Part shown: positions 11,350 to 20,701 of the stretch, in pieces | Layout: each line of letters opens with the position of its first letter | How positions within the stretch are numbered: the first letter of the stretch is position 1 | Made by a program: the position numbers and the translations under genes | The notes under the pieces: generated by a model | What the model saw: only the letters and a program-made list of their open reading frames with translations | Databases searched by the model: none | Told to the model about the DNA's origin: nothing | Source of the DNA: a virus | Strand: one strand, 5' to 3' | IMG/VR virus record: IMGVR_UViG_3300021964_000041 | Span: 15,466 to 79,465 of that record | Length of the DNA stretch: 64,000 nt

Positions 11350-14300
11350 TTACGTTCCTATATCCTGTCTGCCTATTCCAGACCCACCAGTAGTCACAAC
11401 TTCAGTTCCTGCAACCACTTTGCTAGAAACTGCGTTTCCTGTTTCAACCGCTTTTTGTACAGTATCTGGTGTAAACTGACTTGCATCAAATGTTCCTGCG
11501 GCAAGTTGTTTGCTAACTTGTGTTGCTTGAGATACTGATGCAAAAACACTTCCGCCAAATGCACCTGGATTTAATCCAAGCAATTCTGATGGTATTTCTA
11601 CTTGTGCTTGTTGGGTAATGCCGCCTAGTGCACCAGGACCGTGATAATTTAAATTGTCAAGATCGTCTTGAGTTAATTTTTTCTTAGGTGCTTTTTTCAT
11701 TTTTTCTAAGTTCTCTGGACTTGATGGTGCATGTTTAGGATCCTGTGCAGGAGCATTACGTATAATTTTTTGTTCACGCTGTTCTCTATAATCATTTGGT
11801 TGATTAGGTCTTCTGTAGGTATAAAGATTTTGTGTAAACACACCTTGATTAAATGAACTTTCAACCTGTGTAACCTTATATGCACCACTGTAAATGCTTT
11901 CGTCTAATAGCATGGCACTCTGGCCACCTTGCAATTCGTCCCAAGTTGGATAATCTTCTGCCGTTCCAAATCTGAAAATTATGTCACCTTCTCTACTAAA
12001 ACAGTTTATTTCTCCAATATTAGTTTCTACTTCGTCTGCTTCAATTAACGCACGATTAGTAATACCACTGCTTAGGAGATAAACTGGATCGCCTACAATC
12101 TGAATTTCTGCTTGTACTAATGATTTTTCTTGTACTCCGCTATAAAGTGCATCATGTAACATTTTGGCCGTATCACTAGCATTCGTTGCTCTTGGCGAAG
12201 TTTGCGTTGTGCTCGATGATTGATCTACCTGTTGTGTACGCTTTGCTCCTACCATGTTCTGTACTGAGTGTGCATAAATTTCTTTGATAGATGGCGGCTT
12301 TGTGTTTGTTGTTTCTTTAGATGCTGTTCCTTGCGATCCTTCAGCAGTTTGTTGTTTTTTATAGGTAGCAGTTGCTACAAATAAATTATTAAACTCTAAA
12401 TCAAATTTTAATACATCTAAATTTTTACCAGTGTAAATGTAATTGTATTCTCTTACCGCTAATTGTTTTAAAACATCATACAAATAAACATCAGACGGCA
12501 AAGGCATACTGCTATAATGAACTTTAAAAGGTTGGATTATATAATGAAAATCATATACTTCAGTATTCCTATATGTATCAAACCCTCTAAGATGTGCAAT
12601 TTTTTCAATTCTGTACCAAGGAATATAACCAGTTGCTTCGTATTCTGCCGCAAGTTTATCGCCATCTAAATCTGTAGCGTACACACTGTCAAATATTACT
12701 TTGTGAATGTTATCATCTAACCGTGTATCCTTTTTGAATTGCCAACTTTCTGCACCTTTACCATAACGTACATATTTCTTTTCGTATATCTCGCCTTTTT
12801 TATTTGCAAGACCTTCTAGCACTTTTACTGCATCTTCATATTTTTTCTTGGCTTTGTTAGCAAGATCAATTTGTGTCATCCACTCTTGTCTTAGTTTGTT
12901 TAAATCAGCAACTTTAGTTTCGTCAACGTTAGGTTTAACTTTTGTATTGCCTGACTTATCCTCGTCATTAGGATCTAGTTCATTAAAATCATTGTATGTT
13001 AAAGTTTGTTTAATTTCCGGAGCACCTTTGTCTTCATCTTCTTCTTCTGGAAATAGGCTTTTTAAATCTTGTCTACTAAATTTAAAATATGCTTGTGCTT
13101 TTACTTCGAAATCTTTTCTTGCACCAGTGGCTTTTGCTTTTGCAGTTTGCATTTCATCTCTAAAGTCATTAACAATTTTTTGTTGATCTTTGATTACTCC
13201 GTCTGCTTTTTCTACTTCTTGATCTAAAGTATTAACAGCATAAAACCCTGTGTAAGATTGTTTTTCGCCTGATTGCATTCCTGACTTACCTATATGATTG
13301 CTAACAATCAAACTGTCATTAGCGCCAGCATAGTCTTTTGTGTTTAGGCCTTGGTCACGTTTATCGTTTGTTAGAAATGCTTGTGTATTTTGTTCCCACG
13401 ACGTATAAGCGCCGCCTTCTAGTCCAGAAAGAACTGCTTCAAAAATAGTTATATTACTGCCTTCTTTAGATACGTTTGTCATAGGAGTGCCGCCGTTGAT
13501 TGTGAAATCGTTTTTTGCATCGGCTGTCCTTGCTGTTCCATAATTTTTTGGAAACCAAAGCATGTATCTGTTACGCTGATATGGTTTTACTGCATCAGCA
13601 CCTTTAATATCAGTTACTTTTTTTATTCTATCTTTACTTGCTTTTGTGTTTTCTTCTATCTTCTTTTCTTTGTCTTTAGAATCTTCTTCATCTTTTCTAA
13701 TATCTTCAAGCGTGTTGTTCATTTCCTTAAACAAATGTAAAAGCACACTTGCTACTGTTGGCTTTACTTGTTTTGGTCCTGCTAGGTTTGCTGGTAACTT
13801 TGACATTACAGTTTGATTTGATATAGCATTAAGACCAAAGAATGATACATTATAACTCGACCCTGCTTCGGTTACACTCATAGTACTGTTTTGCAAGGCT
13901 ATAGGAAAATATCGAGTAGCACGAGGAACTATTTCTGTTACTAACTGGTCACCATCAAATCTGTGTCCAACAAACTGAAGTGTTAACAAAAACGGTGCTC
14001 CTAGATAATGTTGATGTCCAGCAAATACAGATGCATTATATAATTCTTCATAAAATCCACCAACACCGTAAGGTTCAGTAACTTCAAAACTGCCTGTTGT
14101 TAAATTACTGTTACCGTTTGCACCGAGATCCATTGTGCAATTAAAATTTACATTATCTATAAAAAGATCTTTGTCTTTATGTTTTCCTTTTTTAAATCCA
14201 CTATATCCAGTTAAGCCGCCTTTTTTACTCCCAAAAGTTTCTTCAATGTCTTGTGAGGTAACACCTTCGTCAAACTCTCCAAATTCGTTAAAATATTCTT

Positions 14301-14718
14301 TTGTAAATTGTTCACTGCTTACTGCTCCACTCCTTTTATATCCTCCCGATCTTAAAACAATATAGTTGTCGCGAGTTTCTAGGCCGGCATTAGTTCCGTC
14401 GTTAAAACCGCCGCCACCTACTTCATAATATCGTTGTGGATTTTTTAATTGATCAGTTGTTAAACTTGCTAGTGTAAAAATATAATTGTATGAGTTGTAG
14501 TTGTGTAAAATGTTACCGTTTTTAAACTTTCCATTACCGGCATCGCCATAAAACTGTTTTGCGTTTATTTCAAGTGTAACATCGTTGATTCCTTTTAAAT
14601 CTTCATAGGTAAGTGTATCTTCATACGCTTCGTACTCGTCAGTTGGCTTAGAAACTGCTTCTTTATTTTCTTTAACTGTTGAATTTGTTTGAGTTCTACC
14701 TCGTTCGCCTGGAAACAT
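11350..14718 (-). CDS. Putative baseplate hub protein (gp27/GPD-like) with coiled-coil insertion
   Basis: 1122 aa between gp53-like and gp5-like genes; C-terminal AEIQIVGDPVYL...YSGAYKVTQVESSFNQGVFTQNL resembles hub-protein beta-barrel ends. Confidence 0.6.
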   Translation of the reverse strand: MFPGERGRTQTNSTVKENKEAVSKPTDEYEAYEDTLTYEDLKGINDVTLEINAKQFYGDAGNGKFKNGNILHNYNSYNYIFTLASLTTDQLKNPQRYYEVGGGGFNDGTNAGLETRDNYIVLRSGGYKRSGAVSSEQFTKEYFNEFGEFDEGVTSQDIEETFGSKKGGLTGYSGFKKGKHKDKDLFIDNVNFNCTMDLGANGNSNLTTGSFEVTEPYGVGGFYEELYNASVFAGHQHYLGAPFLLTLQFVGHRFDGDQLVTEIVPRATRYFPIALQNSTMSVTEAGSSYNVSFFGLNAISNQTVMSKLPANLAGPKQVKPTVASVLLHLFKEMNNTLEDIRKDEEDSKDKEKKIEENTKASKDRIKKVTDIKGADAVKPYQRNRYMLWFPKNYGTARTADAKNDFTINGGTPMTNVSKEGSNITIFEAVLSGLEGGAYTSWEQNTQAFLTNDKRDQGLNTKDYAGANDSLIVSNHIGKSGMQSGEKQSYTGFYAVNTLDQEVEKADGVIKDQQKIVNDFRDEMQTAKAKATGARKDFEVKAQAYFKFSRQDLKSLFPEEEDEDKGAPEIKQTLTYNDFNELDPNDEDKSGNTKVKPNVDETKVADLNKLRQEWMTQIDLANKAKKKYEDAVKVLEGLANKKGEIYEKKYVRYGKGAESWQFKKDTRLDDNIHKVIFDSVYATDLDGDKLAAEYEATGYIPWYRIEKIAHLRGFDTYRNTEVYDFHYIIQPFKVHYSSMPLPSDVYLYDVLKQLAVREYNYIYTGKNLDVLKFDLEFNNLFVATATYKKQQTAEGSQGTASKETTNTKPPSIKEIYAHSVQNMVGAKRTQQVDQSSSTTQTSPRATNASDTAKMLHDALYSGVQEKSLVQAEIQIVGDPVYLLSSGITNRALIEADEVETNIGEINCFSREGDIIFRFGTAEDYPTWDELQGGQSAMLLDESIYSGAYKVTQVESSFNQGVFTQNLYTYRRPNQPNDYREQREQKIIRNAPAQDPKHAPSSPENLEKMKKAPKKKLTQDDLDNLNYHGPGALGGITQQAQVEIPSELLGLNPGAFGGSVFASVSQATQVSKQLAAGTFDASQFTPDTVQKAVETGNAVSSKVVAGTEVVTTGGSGIGRQDIGT

Positions 14719-14719
14719 G

Positions 14720-15013
14720 TTAAACTCCTAGTACACGTTTGATAACATCGATAGTTGGAATCTTAATTTCGACGCCTGCTACAAAATCAAAAATTGGATC
14801 TTCAAGTTCGTTGGGATTTCTTGATTTGAACACCCACCATAGATTAGGATCATCGTACAAGTCACTTGCAAGTAGATCAGGACGATAATTGTATTGTGGT
14901 TTGATAACATAAGGAACATCACTAGCAACGTTGGGAATTTTTCTATAATTCAAAATTCCTAATCCGGTTTGATTAAATCCTGTTGTTCCGTACAAACTTG
15001 TTTTTTCGTACAT
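14720..15013 (-). CDS. Baseplate wedge protein, gp53/LysM-like
   Basis: YNYRPDLLASDLYDDPNLWWVF..RNP...IFDFVAGVEIKIP motif; 97 aa. Confidence 0.8.
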   Translation of the reverse strand: MYEKTSLYGTTGFNQTGLGILNYRKIPNVASDVPYVIKPQYNYRPDLLASDLYDDPNLWWVFKSRNPNELEDPIFDFVAGVEIKIPTIDVIKRVLGV

Positions 15014-15813
15014 TAGATCATTCCTTTAAATCGCATATTACCTTGTGCATAATCTTGCATAGAAAACGTTGCTTGGTCTCTTCTTGAGAACGCTGGCATA
15101 CATTCAACTGTAAATTCTGCTCTTGTTGGAACAGTAGTTTTTGCACCCTCTGTTGTGGCTACATCAATATAGTCTACATCTTCGTTTAATGTATAGAAAA
15201 AATTGCCTATAACAACCGGCATATCATTAAACATATATTCACCATAACCCGAAAGTCTTACAACAGGCGGCGGTGCACCAACATTTGCTCCACTACCAAA
15301 GTGCATTTTTGTTATAGTTCTTAGTGCATGAACACTACCAAGAAGCATACGTGCTTCGCCTGTATTTTGTGCAGTAAACGTTCCTACAATAGATAGTGCA
15401 TCCAATTGTGAGTTCTGGTATGCTTGAAACTGATAATTACTGTGTGTAGGATGTACCGGTGTATAATTGGCTCTTGTGGTTACAACTATTTGCGGTGTGA
15501 AAGGAAATACTACTCCGCCTAGTTTTTGTAATTCAGCCGCAGGACCTTGTAGATACTCCTGGTGAATTTTAATTTTGACTCTGTTATCAATAGTTGCTAA
15601 ATGTGTTCCAGGTATGGGTTGGTATGGTTTTGCGCCACCCTTGGCTAGATCAAACCCTAAACGTTTTGTTGCTTCGTCACCAATGATCGACTGTAACCCT
15701 CGTACTGCGCCGGGGTTTTGTCCGATACCTGTTGCTTGTGCGGCGCTCTTACCGAACTTACCGGCGAAACTACCTACTTTGTCTATAAAACTGTTTGGAT
15801 TATTTCCTGCCAT
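15013..15813 (-). CDS. Putative tail tube initiator / baseplate tube protein (gp48/gp54-like)
   Basis: GVVFPFTPQI...YQNSQLDALSIVGTFTAQ...GAPPPVVRLSGYGEYMFNDMPVVI is typical of contractile-tail tube initiators; overlaps the start of the LysM gene. Confidence 0.65.
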   Translation of the reverse strand: MAGNNPNSFIDKVGSFAGKFGKSAAQATGIGQNPGAVRGLQSIIGDEATKRLGFDLAKGGAKPYQPIPGTHLATIDNRVKIKIHQEYLQGPAAELQKLGGVVFPFTPQIVVTTRANYTPVHPTHSNYQFQAYQNSQLDALSIVGTFTAQNTGEARMLLGSVHALRTITKMHFGSGANVGAPPPVVRLSGYGEYMFNDMPVVIGNFFYTLNEDVDYIDVATTEGAKTTVPTRAEFTVECMPAFSRRDQATFSMQDYAQGNMRFKGMI

Positions 15814-15842
15814 ATTTTGGTTCCTTTTTATAACAATATTTA

Positions 15843-15871
15843 TTGCTTTTTTTAACTGCGTAGTTTATAAT
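15843..15871 (+). promoter_or_regulatory. Sigma70-type promoter for the late sigma gene
   Basis: TTGCTT (15843-48), 17-nt spacer, TATAAT (15866-71), then GGAG SD and ATG at 15895. Confidence 0.65.
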
Positions 15872-15894
15872 ACTTATATTAATCGGAGAATCTA

Positions 15895-16746
15895 ATGAAA
15901 AGAACGAAATACTTAACAAATAAAGATCTACTATCAGAGATTCATATCAGCAAGTGTACTTATTGCTCGTTTGTAGACGACGAACATGCACAACATGACA
16001 TAATTTTACCGAGTTTAGAGAAAATTAACAGACTTAGTGTTGCACAGGCAAAACGTAATAGAGCCGATAGAATCGGTAAAGCCGCATATGAAAAAGCAAA
16101 AGAAGAAAAAAGAAAAGTAAAACAAGCAGATGTGCTTCCAGATTGGAAGAAAATTGAAAAAACAGACTTGATTTTTAGAATTATGACGTTTGATCATGTT
16201 CCACTAGAGCCGGGACGTAAACGAAAAACAAAAACTGTGGCTGACGAACATACAAAGGTTAACTTTCCTCCATTCCAGCATTGGAAATATGACGAAAACG
16301 ATAACTTGATTTGTGTGGGTAAAAGCCACTGGCAGGGTGGTATTCACAATGGACACTTTAACAAGGACCACGGCCGTATGACTGAACAACTAGGACGTAT
16401 GTTCTTAAAACTTGCTGATCGTTATGGTACACGAAGCAACTGGCGTGGTTACACTTACAATGATGAGATGAGAGCACAGGCTGTGCTACAACTTTCACAG
16501 ATTGGATTACAGTTTGACGAAAGCAAAAGTTTAAATCCATTTGCTTATTACACCGCCGCAGTTACAAATTCATTTACTAGGGTATTGAACATTGAAAAGA
16601 AAAATCAAAACATTCGTGATGATATCTTACAAGAAAACGGTTTGAACCCATCATTCACTAGACAGAATGAGGAAGTGTTTAAAGAAGACAAAGAAAAACT
16701 TGCAGAGTTCTACAAAAATATGAGACGCCCAAAAGCGGACTATTAA
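15895..16746 (+). CDS. Sigma factor for late transcription, T4 gp55-like
   Basis: YLTNKDLL at the N-terminus; LGRMFLKLADRYGTRSNWRGYTYNDEM...FDESKSLNPFAYYT...NSFTRVLNIEKKNQ matches gp55; upstream of gp47/gp46 as in T4-like phages. Confidence 0.8.
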   Translation: MKRTKYLTNKDLLSEIHISKCTYCSFVDDEHAQHDIILPSLEKINRLSVAQAKRNRADRIGKAAYEKAKEEKRKVKQADVLPDWKKIEKTDLIFRIMTFDHVPLEPGRKRKTKTVADEHTKVNFPPFQHWKYDENDNLICVGKSHWQGGIHNGHFNKDHGRMTEQLGRMFLKLADRYGTRSNWRGYTYNDEMRAQAVLQLSQIGLQFDESKSLNPFAYYTAAVTNSFTRVLNIEKKNQNIRDDILQENGLNPSFTRQNEEVFKEDKEKLAEFYKNMRRPKADY

Positions 16747-16748
16747 GG

Positions 16749-16777
16749 TTGACAAAACTTTTTTAATTTCGTATAAT
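16749..16777 (+). promoter_or_regulatory. Consensus sigma70 promoter for the gp47-gp46 operon
   Basis: TTGACA (16749-54), 17-nt spacer, TATAAT (16772-77): perfect consensus. Confidence 0.85.
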
Positions 16778-16802
16778 GTTGTAGATCAGTATAAGGAAAG
16801 GC

Positions 16803-17825
16803 ATGACACAATTATTTAAAAAGGCCGCTGTGTTTACAGATATTCACTTTGGTCTTAAATCGAATTCAAAAATACACAATGACGATTGCGAACGTTTTGT
16901 AGATTGGTACATCGAAACAGCCAAAGCAAATGGCTGTGATGTGGGCCTATTTACAGGCGACTGGCATCATAATAGAAGTGCATTAAATTTAACCACAATG
17001 GACGCTAGTTTACGTTCACTGGAAAAACTAGGTGCGGCTTTTGATAAGTTTTACTTCTTCCCAGGCAATCATGATTTGTATTACAAAGACAAAAGAGAAA
17101 TTCATTCTGTAGTATTTGGTAAACACGTACCAGGTGTTACTGTGGTTAATGAACCAATGATTATAGACAATGTTGGTTTAGTTCCATGGTTGGTTGGAGA
17201 AGAGTGGAAAAATGTTGTAAAAATGAAGTGCAAATATATGTTTGGTCACTTTGAACTTCCGCACTTTAAAATGAATGCTATGGTAGAAATGCCAGATACA
17301 GGTGAAGTTAAAGCCTCAGACTTTAAGAATCAAGAACTAGTTTTTAGTGGTCATTTCCATAAACGTCAAACACAAAATAATATCCATTACATCGGCAACG
17401 CCTTTCCACACAATTATGCTGATGCTTGGGATGACGAACGTGGTATGATGATACTTGAATGGGACGGTCAGCCAAAATATGTTGATTGGCCAGACTGTCC
17501 TAAGTATCGAACTGTAAAACTTTCACAGTTACTAGATAATACAGAAAGCATTTTATCGCCTAATAATTTATATCTACGTGTTACACTTGATATTGATATT
17601 AGTTACGAAGAAGCAAATTTTATTAAAGAAAACTTTACTGCACAATATGATGTACGTGAAATTAGTTTGCTACCAAACACAGAAGAAAATGACGAAGCAC
17701 TAACACTTGAACGTGGAGAAATTGAATTTGAAAGTGTAGATCAAATTGTTACTGATCAAATTACAAAAATACAAAGCGAGCAGTACAGACCAAATACACT
17801 TTTAGATATCTATAGGAATTTATAA
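16803..17825 (+). CDS. Recombination endonuclease subunit, gp47/SbcD/Mre11-like metallophosphoesterase
   Basis: Motifs FTDIHFG, TGDWHH, GNHD, FGHFE, SGHFH. Confidence 0.92.
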   Translation: MTQLFKKAAVFTDIHFGLKSNSKIHNDDCERFVDWYIETAKANGCDVGLFTGDWHHNRSALNLTTMDASLRSLEKLGAAFDKFYFFPGNHDLYYKDKREIHSVVFGKHVPGVTVVNEPMIIDNVGLVPWLVGEEWKNVVKMKCKYMFGHFELPHFKMNAMVEMPDTGEVKASDFKNQELVFSGHFHKRQTQNNIHYIGNAFPHNYADAWDDERGMMILEWDGQPKYVDWPDCPKYRTVKLSQLLDNTESILSPNNLYLRVTLDIDISYEEANFIKENFTAQYDVREISLLPNTEENDEALTLERGEIEFESVDQIVTDQITKIQSEQYRPNTLLDIYRNL

Positions 17826-19606
17826 TGTTTAAAATTAAAACTTTAACAGTTAAAAACTTCATGAGTGTTGGAAACACAACACAAGCAGTTGATTTTTATA
17901 AAAACTTCTTGACCCTTGTGCTAGGTGAAAATATGGACCTAGGCGGTGATGATGCAGGGTCACGTAATGGTACAGGTAAGACTACTATTATTAATGCACT
18001 AAGTTATGCACTGTACGGTGAAGCACTTACAAAAATTCGTAAAGAAAATCTAATTAACAAAACCAACGGCAAAGACATGTTGGTTACTGTTGAATTTGAA
18101 AAAGAAGGACGTTCATATCGTATTGAGCGTGGTAGAAGAAAAAACGTATTGAAATTTTATATCAACGATGTTGATTCGACTGCTGATGATATAGATGAAT
18201 CACAAGGCGATTCACGTAAAACGCAGGAAGAAATAGAACGACTTTTGAACATGAGTCATGGTATGTTCAAACACTTGGTGGCACTTAATACCTATACAGA
18301 GCCTTTCCTATCTCTCAGTAATAACGCACAACGCGAAATTATTGAACAGTTGTTAGGTATCACCATTCTGTCTGAAAAAGCGGAGAACCTCAAGGAGCAA
18401 CAGAAACAGGTCCGTGACAATATTACTGAAGAAGATGCTCGCATTAGAGGAGTCGAAAGTGCAAACAAGGCTGTACAGGAATCCATTAATGCCCTTGAAA
18501 TTAAAAGCAAGGCTTGGGACGCTTCACAGGCAGAAGAAATTTCACGACTGAGCAAAGCAATTATGCAACTGATTCAAGTCGATATTGATGCTGAAATTGA
18601 TGCATTTACAAAGTTAAGTGATTGGGAAACTAAAAATAACGAACTGTCAAACTTGCAAAAAGAAAAAGCAAGTTTAGAAGCATCACTACAACGTGCAGAA
18701 AGACAGCACAAAAAATATGAACAAGAATTAAAAGACATCAAAAGCAAAAAATGTTTTACTTGCGGTCAAGAATTACATGACGAATCACATGCGGATTTGT
18801 TAAAAGAAAAAGAAAATGATCATAAAGAAAGCGAAACATACATACAAGGCGTTGCACTGCAACTTGAAGAATGTTTAGGAAAAATAGATGCTATTGGTGA
18901 TCTAGATAGCAAACCGCAAACATTTTATGAAACTGCGGAAGAAGCATACAATCATAAAAACAATCTTGCAACACTAGAAGATAGAAAAAAAGAAAAAGAA
19001 GAAGAAACTAATCCTTACACAGAACAAATGAATGAATTGCAAGATACAGCAATTAAAGAGATTTCGTGGGATTATATGAACGATCTGCAGAACATGAAAG
19101 CACACATGGACTTTTTATATAAACTGCTTACAAGCAAAGATTCATTTATTCGTAAACGTATTATTGATCAAAACCTTGCTGTATTAAATAAGCGTCTAGC
19201 GTACTATTTAGAAAAGACAGGATTGCCACATCAAGTACGATTCCAGAACGATTTAACGGTAGAAATTACAGAACTAGGACGCGACTTAGACTTTGATAAC
19301 CTCAGTAGAGGAGAACGAAATAGACTCATCTTAAGCATGAGTTGGTCGTTCCGTGATGTTTGGGAAAGTCTATATCAAAGCATTAATTTGCTGTTTATTG
19401 ATGAACTTATTGATAGTGGTATGGATGCCGCTGGTGTAGAAAGTTCTATAGGAATATTGAAAAAAATGGCTCGTGAACGTAACAAAAACATCTATCTTAT
19501 TTCACACAAAGATGAACTAAGTTCAAGGGTCAACAACATATTAAAAGTAGTCAAAGAAAACGGCTTTACAAGTTATGCTACTGATACTGAGGTAGTAGAT
19601 GTCTAA
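17825..19606 (+). CDS. Recombination ATPase subunit, gp46/SbcC/Rad50-like
   Basis: KNFMSVG; Walker A RNGTGKT; coiled coil with zinc-hook CFTC; signature LSRGE; Walker B LLFIDE; ISH. Confidence 0.93.
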   Translation: MFKIKTLTVKNFMSVGNTTQAVDFYKNFLTLVLGENMDLGGDDAGSRNGTGKTTIINALSYALYGEALTKIRKENLINKTNGKDMLVTVEFEKEGRSYRIERGRRKNVLKFYINDVDSTADDIDESQGDSRKTQEEIERLLNMSHGMFKHLVALNTYTEPFLSLSNNAQREIIEQLLGITILSEKAENLKEQQKQVRDNITEEDARIRGVESANKAVQESINALEIKSKAWDASQAEEISRLSKAIMQLIQVDIDAEIDAFTKLSDWETKNNELSNLQKEKASLEASLQRAERQHKKYEQELKDIKSKKCFTCGQELHDESHADLLKEKENDHKESETYIQGVALQLEECLGKIDAIGDLDSKPQTFYETAEEAYNHKNNLATLEDRKKEKEEETNPYTEQMNELQDTAIKEISWDYMNDLQNMKAHMDFLYKLLTSKDSFIRKRIIDQNLAVLNKRLAYYLEKTGLPHQVRFQNDLTVEITELGRDLDFDNLSRGERNRLILSMSWSFRDVWESLYQSINLLFIDELIDSGMDAAGVESSIGILKKMARERNKNIYLISHKDELSSRVNNILKVVKENGFTSYATDTEVVDV

Positions 19607-19829
19607 AGGCCCAACAACACATGAACTATTAATCCAAGCAATTATGGATTACTATAACATGAATGAACGTTGGGAAGCAAAAGGCTTTGATGAAAACGGT
19701 CGTAAAGTACGTTCTATACTAAGCGATATTAGAAGGCTATGCACACAAAGGCGATACGAAGTACAGGATAGGCGCAAGGATCTTAAGGCAAAAAAGAAGC
19801 AAAATCAGAATCAAGACACTGAAAATTAG
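19599..19829 (+). CDS. Small basic protein, Hc1-like phage family (tentative)
   Basis: 76 aa, Lys/Arg-rich helical (GRKVRSILSDIRRLCTQRRYEVQDRRK); overlaps the gp46 stop. Confidence 0.5.
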   Translation: MSKGPTTHELLIQAIMDYYNMNERWEAKGFDENGRKVRSILSDIRRLCTQRRYEVQDRRKDLKAKKKQNQNQDTEN

Positions 19830-19847
19830 GCATCGGTAAGTATCACT

Positions 19848-20279
19848 ATGGAGTGGACTTATCAGGGCAAAAAAGTACAAGAACTTCCCGCAGATTGCGA
19901 AGGATTTGTATACCTGATTACTAACACTACCAACAATCGCAAGTACGTAGGCAAAAAACTCGCAAAATTCAAAACCACTAAGCCACCTCTCAAAGGCAAG
20001 AAAAACAAACGACGAGGCACAAAGGAATCAGATTGGAGAGACTATTGGGGATCTTCAGATCATCTAAATGCTGATGTTAAAAAATTAGGGCCAGAAAACT
20101 TCACAAGAGAAATTTTATACTATTGCAACAGCAGAGGCATAATGAGTTACCTTGAGGCTAGAGAACAATTTGAACGCCGTGTGTTAGAGACGGATGAGTA
20201 TTACAATGGAATTATTAATGTTAGAGTTGGCAGTTCAAAAATTCTCAAAGAAGCACTAGAAAATCTAAAGGCAATATAA
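19848..20279 (+). CDS. Short GIY-YIG (Seg-like) endonuclease domain protein
   Basis: GFVYLITNTTNNRKYVGKK (GIY-YIG), YWGSS, FTREIL, LEAREQF (Glu), YYNG (Asn); 143 aa; preceded by TAAGTA-N5-ATG. Confidence 0.8.
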   Translation: MEWTYQGKKVQELPADCEGFVYLITNTTNNRKYVGKKLAKFKTTKPPLKGKKNKRRGTKESDWRDYWGSSDHLNADVKKLGPENFTREILYYCNSRGIMSYLEAREQFERRVLETDEYYNGIINVRVGSSKILKEALENLKAI

Positions 20280-20280
20280 C

Positions 20281-20701
20281 AGCACATAAGGTTGGCGGGC
20301 CAGTTTGCAAATACCGCTGAGTAAAAGGTCCCCTGAGAAGGACACTCGTACACATTGATCGACCCCCCATGGGAGGAAGCCAACAAACAAATTGGGCTCA
20401 CTGGTTAATGTAGATTGAATGCTGTCAGTCGAAAACACATGTGTTTGAAAAAACTCCACGCAACGGAACGAGGCGGGAGGTAGCGTAGAAGACCGCGAAG
20501 CGGTTTGCGGTAGCAAAGCGATTTGTAAAGCAGTTTTTTACGTGATGTCGACGTAGGTAGGGGAAAGGTCAGAGCCCCACAAACAGGTGTATAAACAAAA
20601 TACCTACTTCCAAGTCTTGGCTGTGACGAACTCACATGATGTTCAAGATTAGATGGAACCATAAACAGGTTCCGTCTGACTGAAACAATCTACATGATGC
20701 T
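20281..20701 (+). ncRNA. Candidate large structured non-coding RNA (family unassigned)
   Basis: Intergenic, ~47% GC by hand count against AT-rich flanks. Many nested helices, including 10-bp long-range 20408-17/20686-95 and 6-bp 20425-30/20678-83. G-U pairs favour the + strand. Confidence 0.65.

Noticed and set aside
1-15813. Bacterial extracellular contractile injection system or T6SS
   Set aside because: Portal, prohead protease, major capsid, gp55 and gp46/47 in the same window show this is a phage.
20201-20662. Three short minus-strand ORFs (66, 83 and 85 aa) over the structured gap
   Set aside because: They overlap each other, have atypical composition and no SD, and are better explained as chance ORFs in GC-richer structured sequence.
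20281-20701. Group I/II intron or RNase P identity for the structured region
   Set aside because: No interrupted gene on either side, no recognisable group I R/S elements or group II domain V, and GGAGGAAGCC only loosely resembles the RNase P P4 motif. A covariance-model search is needed to exclude these formally.
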